Assembly: GCA_012295275.1 (NCBI GenBank)
Contig: CM022673.1
Coordinates: 20,708,001 to 20,772,000 of the forward strand
Direction: 5' to 3'
DNA length: 64,000 nt
Origin: Chrysomallon squamiferum
Taxonomy: Eukaryota; Animalia; Mollusca
The stretch's first letter is position 1. Each line of letters opens with the position of its first letter. The notes beneath the pieces are model-generated. The model was not told the DNA's origin. It ran no database searches and saw nothing but the letters and a program-made list of their open reading frames with translations. This document shows, one piece after another, positions 14,029 through 27,319 of the stretch. The translations under genes and the position numbers were made by a program.

Positions 14029-15287
14029 CTGAAAATGATTTATGAAATTTTATTTAAATATATCAGAGTGTATATCACAGTAATTATATTACAAATTTAT
14101 TTTAATAAAAGAATTGGTAAATAACTTAAAAACAATTTTAACAAGGGAAGAGCATTGGTATCCTTAGAAAAAAATGAATTATACATAAACCAGAAAATAT
14201 AGTTAAAAACAAAATCCACACTAATAGTAATAACAACAGCGATAACAATAGCAACAATAGCCATTTTAATAGTAATAGTAGTAGTAGTAATAGTAGTAAC
14301 AGTAGTAGTAGTAATTATAATAATGACAACGGAAACAGTAATAATAACAGTAGTAGTAGTAATAGTAATAGTAGTAACAGTAGTAGTAATTATAATAATA
14401 ACAACAGCAACAATAACATTAATAACGAAGCAATAATAACAGTTATAATAATAACTCTAAAAATCCTACAATAACAAAAAAACAATAACAATAAAAAGAA
14501 GAAGAAGGAAAATTTACGTGTGTAATCGTTGAAGCAAAACGTCGAAAGAAAATGATGGAAACTTTCGTCATTTTTAACACTTAAAATCAGTTTATGTTCT
14601 GTTTTGATTCTTTTTCTTTCTTTCTTTCTTTTTTAAATTCAATTGCAGCTTTTTAAAACTTTCTTTATCTTTTTAAGATTACATTTTCCTGTCTTTCTTT
14701 ATTTATTTTTCTCTCCTCATTTTTAAAAATGTCTTTAATGTTACTTTATTCCAAAGAATAGAACATTAGTACTTTGAAAAAAAATAAAACACACCCAAAA
14801 AACATATTTTCTTTCACGTTAGAAACAATTTAAAGCGATACAAAAGACGTTAATAGGAAATAAAATATAAGAACAAAGGAAATATACAGAAAAAAAGATG
14901 AAAGAAAAGACAGGAGAGGCTAATAAGAAGCGAGTAATGTGAACTATTTATAGTTTCAGTTACTACGTTATTGCACAGGCAATACGACTAGTAGTAACGT
15001 CGACGACAGCAATAACTATGACGACTTTATTTTATTTAAAAACTTGAAAGAATTTATTGTTGTCTATTGTTTAACAAATACAATTATTTTACAAGAGTTG
15101 TAGTAATTGTAGTAGTAGTAGTAGTAATAGTAGTAGTAATAGTAGTAGTAATAATAGTAATAGTAGTAGTAATAGTAGAGTAGTGATAGTAGTAGTAGTA
15201 GTAATAATAGCAGCAGTAGTAGTAGTAGTAATAGTAGTAATAGTAATAAAATAAATAATAAATATACAGAAAAGCAAAATCACTTAC

Positions 15288-15299
15288 ACGTGGTGATAT
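15288..15299 (-). CDS. Secreted peptide precursor, 12-nt micro-exon (ISPR)
   Basis: tttatttatttttattacag|ATATCACCACGT|gtaagt; phase 0-0. Confidence 0.7.
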
Positions 15300-15509
15300 C
15301 TGTAATAAAAATAAATAAAAATAAATAAAAATAAATTACTTTATAAACAACTCCGTCACATTCTTTTTTAATCATGTAATTAGTTTTATGTATGTGTATA
15401 TCTATGCATGTATGCATGTGTATATGCGTGTATCTATGCAAATAAACACATTTATGTCTGTGCTAGTATATGTATTGTGTACATGTCTGTATTTGTATGT
15501 GAGTGTGTA

Positions 15510-15557
<48 letters not shown>

Positions 15558-17090
15558 GGGGCGTGTGTGTGTGTGTGTGTGTGTCGATTTTTAATTCTGT
15601 ATCCGAACTCACCTTACATAGCTGTTTTGCAGCGATTAAAAAAGTGAGAAGTAAAATGCATTATAAAATATTCTATATTTGTATGTGTACTAAAATATAA
15701 CGTGCAGATATAATTATACGTTATACAACTAAAGATACTTATTTTGAAATATTGCTTCATAAATATTAAATAGAACTAAATACAGTTGGTTTTACATATC
15801 TTCGTGAATATTAAATACAACTGAATGTGCTTCTTGTTACAAATACCTTAATAAGTTCTAAATACAGATGAATGTAATATTTTTTAACATATATTTTTAT
15901 AAATATTTATTATGCAATATAGAATCAAAAATAGGATAACTATGTAATTTATAATATTGGAATGGATAAATTCAATCAAGTAATAAAAATAAAACTTACC
16001 AACTATCCCATCAAGAAGGCAAAACAAAAATATGTAATAAAATGAAAATTAGTTTATTGGAAATACAGTTAATAAGTTAAGTTATAAAACGTATAATTAA
16101 TTTATTATTTGATAGAAACTTTCGTCTGAGATTCTGTTGTTGAATTATTTTGAAAATGTTTCACTCAAATGAAAAACATGATTATTAACATTATAACCAT
16201 CATCATTATCATTCTCATCATCAAAATATCGCTTTTTTCTTTATTCCTCCAGCTTTCTTTCTTATTTCTTTCTCTCATTATCTTTTATCTTTTTTTTTTT
16301 TTCTTTCCTGTTTCATTCTCCTTGTTTGTTTGGTTTTCTTTTCTTTTTCTCTATTTCTATTTCTTGTATATTTCTCTATTTCTCACCCTCTTTCTTAGTT
16401 TCTTATCAAAGTACTGACGAAATGAAACTCTTATATTTAATCTAAAGACTCTATCCTTTGCCTGCTGTTGCAAATAAACTTTTAAGTAGGAAAGAAAACA
16501 GGAATTCAAATCCCTGTTATTTATCTTTCTTTCTTTCTTTTTTTTTTTCTTTTTTTTGACTGAATGATTTCAAACATTAAACCCAGCCTTTTTCAATTAA
16601 TCATCATCTAATCATATTCGTAAACGAATTTTAAACTAATCCGTGTGCATCATCTGCTATACTTTTTCCAAAGCTCAGTTTTACCTGCTTTAGCCTTTTC
16701 TGTTGGCCGTAAGATATATTAGCATTATTATTATTAAATGTAATTATAAGCCTTTAAACGGACTTTTTTTTCTTCTTTTTTTTTAATCATTCCTGAAGTT
16801 CGTCATTTGTTGTACAGTTTTCTAGTAATGTCGTTAAACGTAGTACTTATTTAAGCAGTCTTCGCGTGTCAAAATAAATCGGAACTCTCGTGTACCGAGG
16901 AAGTAAAGTGAACCGGAAATAGTCTGACTGAGACGTTAGTTTCTCAGACAGGGAATCGGAAGTAAATCTATTTTTAGCTATGGAATAGACTGATTGTAGA
17001 ATATTAATTAATTTTTGGAAATGTGAATAAAAGTTTAATTAGCTAAAACAGACAGTGATCTGCCCTTTTAGTTCTTCTTAGGTTTTAAAT

Positions 17091-17162
<72 letters not shown>

Positions 17163-17209
17163 GTATGTATGTATGTATTAGTGTGTGTCTATATAAATAT
17201 AATACTCAC

Positions 17210-17218
17210 GTTAACAGG
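17210..17218 (-). CDS. Secreted peptide precursor, 9-nt micro-exon (PVN)
   Basis: Long pyrimidine tract (ttctctctcttttttt) then aaatag|CCTGTTAAC|gtgagt; phase 0-0. Confidence 0.65.
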
Positions 17219-17426
17219 CTATTTAAAAAAAGAGAGAGAAAAAAAATATAATTACAAAATATATATAAACAATGAATTTTGAAATAATAATTAACTGACT
17301 AAACAGTTCATTCCGTCAATGTAATGAATCAAATTTATGTAATGAAAATATTGTTTCCAAGGTTTACATAATAAATAACACAAAATTATATAAAACTGTT
17401 TGTTTTCTAAATCATTATAAAATATT

Positions 17427-17516
<90 letters not shown>

Positions 17517-17759
17517 GTCATTGTTGTTGTTGTTGTTGTTGTTGTTGTGTTGTTGATACACTTTTATTTATTGATCTAATCGGTTGTTCAAAATCTTGAA
17601 AACATCGTCGAATACGAAAACTGATTAAAGCTCTCAAATTGCAAATCTGATTACTCCATGTCAAACGCTGATATGAACATAAGCAGATCAGAGTATAAAA
17701 TTTCAAGTTAGCTATTAATCAGTTTAATATACGATCAAGCCCACCTTAGGTTTTTTTAT

Positions 17760-17849
<90 letters not shown>

Positions 17850-17896
17850 AATAATAATAAAAATAATAATTATTATGATTATTATTATTATTATTA

Positions 17897-17950
<54 letters not shown>

Positions 17951-18449
17951 TCTTTTGGTGAGTTTTTTTTTTTTTTTTTTTTTTTTTTCACTGTTGAATA
18001 ATTAAATTTATTTTACCTTTTATTGATACGTTTGTACTTATATTAAATATCAGACCATCTTTAAGTCTGACAGTGAAAAAAATCAAGAACAACAACAACA
18101 AAAGAAAAGAAAGAAAAAAGATAAAATAATAAAATGACAGTGAAGAAAGAGGAACTTGTTTTATGAGATAGAAAAATATATTTAAATATTTAATACGAAG
18201 TATATATAAAAGTTAATAATAACAATAATAATAATAACAACAACAGTAATGATAATACTGTTGAAAGATAATAAATAATATTGTGTTTACAACGTCAGAA
18301 TAAAGCTGAAGTTCAGTAGTTTAATACAAACATAATCGAGACCGTTAAATTTCGAAAAGTCACGAGAAATAGTTAAACATAACAAATGATTTAAATTCAT
18401 AAAGTAAGTCTTTAATAGTTATTAATTTTAGGTAATGAAAACACATAAA

Positions 18450-18960
18450 TAATACAGGTCACGAAATAGAAATTAGACATTAAACAGTTAAATATAAACA
18501 TACAGAAACAAATAAAGTGACGTGAACTAGACAGGTCACGTAAGACATACAGTAACGTTTAATAGAGATAGATAGTCATGCAAGAACGTCAGTTGACGTG
18601 GAACACAATACAGGTTACCCAAACACATAATATGGTGACGTCATAAATGTACAGGTCACAGAGACAGACAAAATGACACTAATAGTTCAGGAGGTCATAC
18701 TACATATAAACAGAAGTGAGTTAGATAGAGAGTAAGTAAATCGTTTGATGGATGAAAGGATTAGTCATGAATTAATGGATGCACGGTCATGTGAACTGAT
18801 AGAAACACAGAGAAACAGATACAATATATTTGAAAGAAATTGTGAGATAATTATAATGTGCATGATACATGATGAAAGTGGAATAGATGAGTCACGGAAG
18901 CAAACAGGAGTGAGTTAGATGAACAGGTAGATGAAAGGGAGGATGGTGGATGAGTCGACT
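18450..18960. repeat. Degenerate ~19-20-bp minisatellite rich in AGGTCA/GTCAC/GTGAC motifs
   Basis: Core motif variants recur at about 18457, 18516, 18533, 18551, 18574, 18592, 18612, 18634, 18653, 18673 and 18692. Confidence 0.5.
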
Positions 18961-21407
18961 CTTCTAAAGGTGGAACTTTCAGGTGGGAGATAGAAAAAAG
19001 ACAGATTGTCACACACACGCACACGCACACACACACACACACACACGCTAACCTATGAACAACTTATATACTTTGTACAGACATATTCATTTTCTTTGTA
19101 GTTTTTAGACACCAAATAGAGATACACGTTGGAGGTTTTCACCGCTATGAATTCAGAGGTCGATAAACAAATATTCGTTCATTCATTCACTGGAGTTAGT
19201 TAGTATGTTAGAGACTTAACGAAAGAGAAGAGTTTAACGTTAGCCCTTGTTTTAGACATGTGAGATGCTGACTGCAGGTGTACTTGATGCAGACCTGCCT
19301 GAAACGGTCCACACCTAAATGAAAACGTTGTCCCACAAACATGACTGCATTAACTAATAATTTCACAACGGATCACAGATACTAAAGTACTATTATTTAT
19401 GACGTCATCTGTGACATTTATTATTATTTCTAGAAACATTATTATATCTAACATAGGTGTCAAAACCACTAAAAGTATTATATTAGTTCAGTTGCACTCT
19501 GTGATCGTGTGATGACTGTTTTTACAAACTCTTTATAAACATCAAATTAATTCATCATTTGTAAGTTGACACCATCTGAGTATAAAATGACGTTTATCAT
19601 CAAATAATAACATTAGCAATTAATTAGCAGTTTAAATATTGTTATTTATTTTCGGCTGCCCACACTCAGTGTCCTATCAGTGGTGCGGCAGTATGACACT
19701 TACCCTAGGCTCCATTTAGTAGTTTCTGTTATGATAAAATTATCTAAAAACAGATGTCCGATATTTGAAAAGTGACGCAGTTTTAGTTTTTACCAGAACG
19801 GACAGCAAACTGGACCAGTCTGTGATATTTTGGGGGAAATACACACGTATTTGGAGTGACGCAGTTTAACAGTTGAGATCTTTTTATTTTCACTTTCTAT
19901 GGCAATGTCTAAAAATTTAAAACTAAAATTTGCGTGTAAATATGTAAACTGAATATTTTAAGCTCTTCAACCTGTCTCATCTTTATTTTGAATGATTATA
20001 GTAATAGTAGTAGTAGAACGGGTAGTAATAGTAGTTATAGTAGTAGATAGTTAGTAGTAGTAGTAGTAGTTGTAGTAGTAGTAGTAATATTAGTGTTTTT
20101 GTTTTGTTATTGTTATTAATTTAGTTTCATTAAATGTTTTTATATTTCAGAATATTATTAATTTTTTTTTTTTTTTAGATCTTGCGAAAACATAACATAG
20201 TTAATGATAATAATAACAATAATACATTCACACCAGTTGCTTGCAACTAGATTATTTTAAAATCACTTAAAAATAAAACAAATATATATATATATTACAA
20301 AAAAAAAGTATGAGAAAAAGAAGAAACTTATGCTGGTGAGGTTGATGATGATAATGATGAAACAGAAGAAGAAACGTGATGATGATGATATCATAATAAG
20401 TAGAAGATATCATTAAAAGAAGAAAAGGAGAAAAAGATGATGGTTATGATGATGATGTTGAAGAAAATCACAACTACAACACTCTCAAGAAGTTGTTAAT
20501 ATTATTAACAAAGAATAAAGAGAAGAAATGAAAATAACAAAAAACAAAAAACTAATAAGAGTATAATAATAGTAGAAAAAGAATACCAACAAATAGAAGA
20601 AGAAGAAGAAGAAGAAGAAGAAGAAGAAGAAGAAGAAGAAAAACATAAAAAAGACGACGAAAGCAAAAGAAAGAAAAAGAAGAAGAAAATTAACCAAGAG
20701 ATGTAGAAGAAAAGCAACAAAAAGTAAAAGGAATAAGAAAGTAACAAAGAGAAATCGGGAAAACGAGGAGCAGAAAAAGAACAAGACACCAAAGAAATGG
20801 CAGAAGAGAACTGTCGGAGGATGAACGAATGGAAGGAGAGGTAGTAGAAGAAGAAAATGAAAAAAAATATATATATATGTGAATAAAGAATCTAAAGATA
20901 AGGCTTTAAAAAGATTTTATACTGAAACCTGGAGTCTGATACACAGATACAATACACGATGTAAAGTTATACTTACCACATACTTATTGGGAAAAAGGAA
21001 GAAAAAGCGATAACATATCGGTTAGAATAACAATAGCGATTTGTTTGATGTGTAGTGGGAGATGTAAAATTACATCAGTGCTTGACGTTAAACAGGCTAA
21101 ACGGCACATAACAGACATCTTCAACGAAAATTATTTTCAGAATATTTTTATAGCGATAAATCTATTATGTGAATTATTTCTTTCATAACGATTACTTATA
21201 ACTGAGAAAAGAGCTTTACCTGTCAGTTACAAATAGTGAACTGAATGGTTGTTAATTTTAAAAAAAAAAGAGTTCCAGTTAGTTCTCTTTCTTTCAGCTC
21301 TAAATAACAAAACAAACGTACATTAATGTGACCCGCAAAGACAACGTTGTACATGAAGCCGCTTCACATCGGCAACCATAACACAAAGACAACTGACACG
21401 AGAACAT

Positions 21408-21620
21408 TTTCAACGTTTCAGTTAACAAATATCGGTAATAATGAAACAGCAACGGATATCCCGTCACAACAGTTCTCGATTTTGATTGGCTGAACTGATG
21501 AACGTCAACCGGAAACGGAAAGGAAGTGTTCCGGAACAACCAATCAAAATGCAAGATGATTGTAATGGGAATTCCGTTACTAAAACGCAAACAAATGTTA
21601 TATACTGAAGGACGTTGAAA
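21408..21620. repeat. Imperfect ~210-bp palindrome (probably an old palindromic MITE) with mirrored CCAAT boxes
   Basis: Nested arm pairs tttcaacgt/acgttgaaa, ttcagt/actgaa, aacgga..tccc/ggga..tccgtt and attttgattgg/ccaatcaaaat around a GGAA-rich core. Confidence 0.65.
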
Positions 21621-21688
21621 CATTAAATTAATAGCCAACGAAACGGATTTGATTTGTAATAAAATATAAATCAAATAAACTGGCTTAC

Positions 21689-21738
21689 CTCTCGTTTAAT
21701 CCGTTGAGCTGACAACTCAAATGGAGATTCGAAAGGCG
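21689..21738 (-). CDS. Secreted peptide precursor, exon 2 (50 nt): APFESPFELSAQRIKRE
   Basis: Acceptor tttgtattattttctttttcag, donor GAG|gtaagc. Phase 1 to 0, in frame with exon 1. Encodes the furin-type site R-I-K-R. Confidence 0.8.
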
Positions 21739-21831
21739 CTGAAAAAGAAAATAATACAAATAGAAATCTACTGAGAAACACTATTAATATCTCACCTAAA
21801 TATATAACTACATAGACACCTGCACTGATGT

Positions 21832-21888
<57 letters not shown>

Positions 21889-22081
21889 TACACGCACCCA
21901 TGCATATATAGATACATGCACACATACATATTTGCATACATACATACATATATATAAATATATCTATAAGCATACATAATACACACATACAGTACAATAC
22001 AGTACAATATATTTTGGTGAAATATAGATCTAAAATAATTATTAGTTTATTTATTCACATACATTTTTTTTATAATAATAA

Positions 22082-22112
<31 letters not shown>

Positions 22113-22691
22113 AAGAAGAAGAAGAAATAAAAATACAATAAGAAAACACAGTAACAGTAATGATGATGAGAGACAATAATCAGTGTTTTATTTAAACAAG
22201 GTTAGATATAGATACACTCAATATCCTAAATTTATAATCAGAAAATTCAAACATAATTTTTGTATAACTGTAAGCAGCCGCATTCAAGGTTGTATTTAAA
22301 CCATTGTTACTCTGGTAAGAAATGAGCGCCTAAATTCTAACAGATTATGACAAGTGTAGACTACTGTCAAATAATATAAATATTTATTAAAAACTTGAAA
22401 TGACTGTTATTTTAATTTGGCTGCAAGGATACTGGCCTAGGGCTTTAAATCATCCTGAGCGCCGAATAGGTCAGAAGTATGTGTTGGTGTGAAAGCGATA
22501 AATCTGAAAGTGAGATTGTAATTGACAGCACGGCTTGTTAATCCTGGATGTCTCTGTCATTATTCACGTGCAACTCGTCACTGTTTAACCAGCGAGCTTC
22601 ACGAATCGAACAGCATGGCGCCTCCACCAGAAGAAAGATAAAGAAATAATATTTAGATAGATAAACCGAAAACTAGAGAGAGAACGTGAAT

Positions 22692-22818
<127 letters not shown>

Positions 22819-23203
22819 GGCAGATGAGAGATGAGCAAATGAGAGTAAGAGAAAAAGAATCTAATATCTTAGCGGTTTTTGTATTCCCTCTTATTTTTCT
22901 TCTTCTTTTATAATTTAAAATAATAACCGGATTATCAAGAAATCTACATCTGACTAAATAATACATATCATATAATTTGCTGAGCAGTAAGCCTACTTAT
23001 TAAACGTAGTGTGACTGAATCTTTGTTAGCTTGATTTATTATGTATCGTATCGTGTGGTCGTGCCTTTAGCTAGTGTTAAACAACGATATCTGATTAAAT
23101 CTACTACTGCAGCACAACACTTAAACAATATTGAAACAAGGATATTGACTTTCTTTGATCAAACCGCGTCCCCGTCATTGGCTTTTGACCTGCCCTTAAC
23201 ATC

Positions 23204-23463
23204 TGTGCAACTATAAACGAGAAGGTTCATCTAATATCAAGAATGTGAAGAGTGTTTGGGTCTCCCATTTGTTACACAACTATATTTTCCTATTTGTTAG
23301 TCGAACTGCTGTGTAAATATAAACGAGAATGTTTATTTAATAATGTGAATCTACAGAGAGTTGAGGATCTCGTATTTGTTACACACCTACATTCTCCTAT
23401 TTATTAGTCTTTTTTTCTGGGTAAATATAAACGAGAACGTTTGGGGGTCTTTGATTTGTTACT
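23204..23463. repeat. Tandem repeat, ~107-bp unit, about 2.5 copies
   Basis: Units start at about 23204, 23310 and 23418 with TATAAACGAGAA and share gtctc..atttgttacaca..cta.att.tcctattt.ttagtc. Confidence 0.8.
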
Positions 23464-24209
23464 AATAACCAATTGATTCGGTTTATAAATGAATTCAAGT
23501 GCAAAGTAGAGATATCCTGTGAAATTCAAACTTGATCAAATAAAACTTAAGAAAATGACTGTTAAAAAAGGAGATGTTAGAAAAGACAGCACGTCCCGTA
23601 GCTTATTATAAACCAGACTGAAATGTGAAATAACTCAAATAGTGAATGAGGGACTATTGATTTGTTATTATAAATAGGTAATAGAAAGTAGTATATCTAA
23701 CACCGGTGAGATATAGAATAATGGATATGTCACCTGTCATTTACGAAGTAAAAGAAAATGACACTATATTAACATAGCTTCTCTAGGGTGCTGAAAGTAT
23801 ATATTTCACACTACATTGCTGAGTTCCTAATTATTCATAACAGCAATAATGAGATAATGGTATGACACTTTCGCTGAAATGCTATAGAGGTATGCACTTT
23901 GTTTAACAAAGAATAAGCACATTCCAGCCGGATTTCTTGCATATCCTGAATTTTCGTGGACAAACTCATAATAGACAGGCACATGGGGGGACATTGTAGC
24001 AATTACATTTCCACATTTGAGCTAAGCATTGGTGAAAATGCGGATACAGCAAGTGGAAATTGATACTTGTGTTTTAATTTGTATTAACGTTCAGGAAAAT
24101 CTGCATTCTTCCCAAAAGTAAATCATTTGCCCTTACACATAATGATTTATAGTAATTCCGTTATATTATTTGTAGGCAATAAGGTAGGAGATATACACTC
24201 AACGTATTA

Positions 24210-24468
24210 CAGATACCGGACCAATTACCCGGACTCCTTGGGGCCTAAACATTTTAAAATTAAAAACATAAAGAAAATTGACGATACACAACTGTGGCGA
24301 CTTGACACGTAAACAATGCGGCGAGTGAATGAACGCCACGCGGCTTGAAAGAGTAGTTTCGGTCTGGTTAGGACCAGCGCGCGCGAACTATGAAAATAGC
24401 GTCGGGAAAAAACTTGTCTTTCTTGTCTTTCAGGATTTCAGGACGCCGGATAATTGGTCTGATACCAG
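24210..24468. mobile_element. Tc1/mariner(pogo)-type MITE, 259 bp, TA target-site duplication
   Basis: Imperfect TIRs of about 30 bp (cagataccggaccaattacccggactcct / aggacgccggataattggtctgataccag) flanked by TA on both sides. Confidence 0.7.
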
Positions 24469-25217
24469 TATAGGCAGCAGGTATATATGTAGATTAGTAG
24501 ATATTTATGAGAGACGGCAATTAGGTGGGTGGATAGAAGACAATATATTGATAAATAATAAACTGTCGTTATGACACACCTCACAAACGATTATCAAACA
24601 CGAACAACAACACAAAAGCTGTTTTACGGTGAACTTCATAAAATCCCGATATTAAAGCCACACTGAATATCAAACAACATAAAATTCTAAATAAAATATA
24701 TTTGGCGATAATTTAATAAAATTATTCCATCGTTGATAAAGAGAACTCTGTTTAATGCTACACTGGATTTTTTTTCTCTTTTTCTACGCATCATAAAACT
24801 GTAAGAAATGGTTAATAACACCGCAGACTGTCAATAAGATAATAATTCGGAGCTAACGAGCTGAAGGGACTCGGCTCGGTCGAGTTGCAGAGTTCTAACG
24901 AATCAGTGTAAATTTCAGCCAGTATCAGCGACTTTGATCTATTTTGGTGTCAGGTAGAAATAACAGGTATAGATATAATGGGATTATCAAAACATAATAA
25001 TCATAAGAAGAAGAAAGAGAAAACGAAGAAGAAAAAAGAGAAGAAGAAGAAGAAGTAGAAGAAGAAGAAAAAGCGAGAAAGAAGAAGATCAACAACAAGT
25101 ACAATATGACGATAGTAATGAAGTAGAAGTGATATTGTATTAACAATAATGTTTTTCAGTTATATGTTTTATAGTTATATGTTATTATTTTTCTCCTTAG
25201 CATTCCTAATGCAGCCA

Positions 25218-25318
<101 letters not shown>

Positions 25319-25558
25319 TGTTGATAATTAAATAGAAATTATTTCAGAAATTAACAGATTTCAAAATACATTTTTAACAAACCAATTGACTTTTCACCAG
25401 TTTGGCCATTCATTAACTGGATTTTGTTAAAGACTGATTTCTTTATGGTAGTGATTCCCCATTTGTAACGCTGGTAGGTCCTAGGAATAAATGTGGCAAC
25501 CCCGTAAAATAGCTGATCCTGTATCGATTATTAATTCCAGTCACATGTTAAACTAGTA

Positions 25559-25594
<36 letters not shown>

Positions 25595-27230
25595 AAAAAT
25601 AGATTTATAATCATTACTTGTTTTCAATCGAATGGTTTCTAAAAATGTCTGCGTTGGAAAACACCTTTAGCATTTTCAGTACAATTCTTTACACGTAAGC
25701 ATGGTCATAAAAATTTAAATTTCATTTAGATTAGATGAACACCAGAAATAAGTAGCACTTACCGAAATCGTTATTTTTGGCGTGATGCTCTTGTTATGAA
25801 AATAGAAATAATAGCGACCGATTCGGGAAAACAATGTGTTGATAATTACAGTATTGATTCAGCAATTACGATTATTATTTTGACTATGATGAACAACGTT
25901 GATTCAGTTCAGTTTTTAAACAATTTCTTTAAAAACTTATATTGACAATGAAAAAAAAAAAAAGTCATTAACCAGAAAACTATGCTGTCGATTTACATTT
26001 TATGTGTCAAATGCGTTATAATTATGAATAATCTTTAAACAGGAACGTTTTTTTTTTTTTTTTTTTACTTTTTATATTTGCTTTCAGATCGACATGCAGT
26101 GGTTCGAAGGATCGATCGACATTGATAAAAGCTCCCACAATTCACTACTTGCAAGCTTATATTAAGTTTTGTTTTGGAGAATATTTGCGACTCTTTGTTT
26201 TAAAAAGAAATACTGAGAAGTTCTGTCGACACTGTATATGAAAACTGAACGCCTGGTTTTCTTAATTTCAGTGCTGTTACATATTTCGTCCACCTGTCTT
26301 TAGATCATTATTTCTTTTTTGCTTACAAACAAAGCAAAACTATGCAGAAAGGGGGACAGAGAACGAAAGAAAGAAAGAAGAAAAGAAAGAATGACACAAT
26401 ATATCAGTTTTATTTATTTATTTATTTATTTGAAGTGACTAAATAATTTTGAAAATGTCTAGTCTGTGGTATAATCCAAAGTTAGGTGACTGTAAGATAT
26501 CTTTGTGACATAATCGACATCAGATACAAGATAATGTCAGTGAAGATATCGTATTAGACTAATACAGAATAATATTATGAACAGAGAATTTGTTAAAATG
26601 GAAGAAATCAAGTAATGTCTGTACATTCATGAAATTCGAATCTACAGTTCGCTACTTAATTACCTTTCAGAATTTTAGCACGTTAGACTAAATTCCCTTA
26701 TTTAATCCGATACTACTAAATATACCAACTGGTTCCAAATTATTTAATATTAAGAGATAACGCAGATCATCTACCACTTCGCTTAAATATCGTCTGAATT
26801 TTGAGACAATAATAAATGAAATCTTATAATTATAATACTGTGAATTCTCGTCAACAATTCTTGTATTAAATCTAAACTCTTGAATAAATAACCAGCAATA
26901 TCTTTCCGTTATTAAAGTCGATTAAAATAAGTTTATGAAAGTATAATGAACTATCCAGAATACGTAACAGGTACAAACTAATTTGATTTTCCTGAATGTT
27001 TCCTGAATATAAAAGATGTATTTAGCAGAACTTTCATAATTTATGACAAATTTAAAATTTATTATACATTTTGTAAGTTGTTATTTTTCTTCTTAGTATT
27101 CCTATGTGTATGCAGCCCATATCAATGTGTGAGCATATGTGTGTGTTTTTGTGTATGTCTGTCTGTGTGTGTGTGTTTGTGTGTGACAGTTTTAAATTTT
27201 ATTCTCTGATATGCCTTATTGTAGATACCG

Positions 27231-27319
<89 letters not shown>

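Noticed and set aside
16685-16699. 15-nt candidate micro-exon KRLKQ
   Set aside because: Poor pyrimidine tract (atatcttacggccaacag) and a weaker GTAAAA donor than the accepted exons.
23679-23830. Segment reminiscent of Crypton-type non-autonomous repeats
   Set aside because: Resemblance from memory only; no termini or second copy demonstrable in this window.
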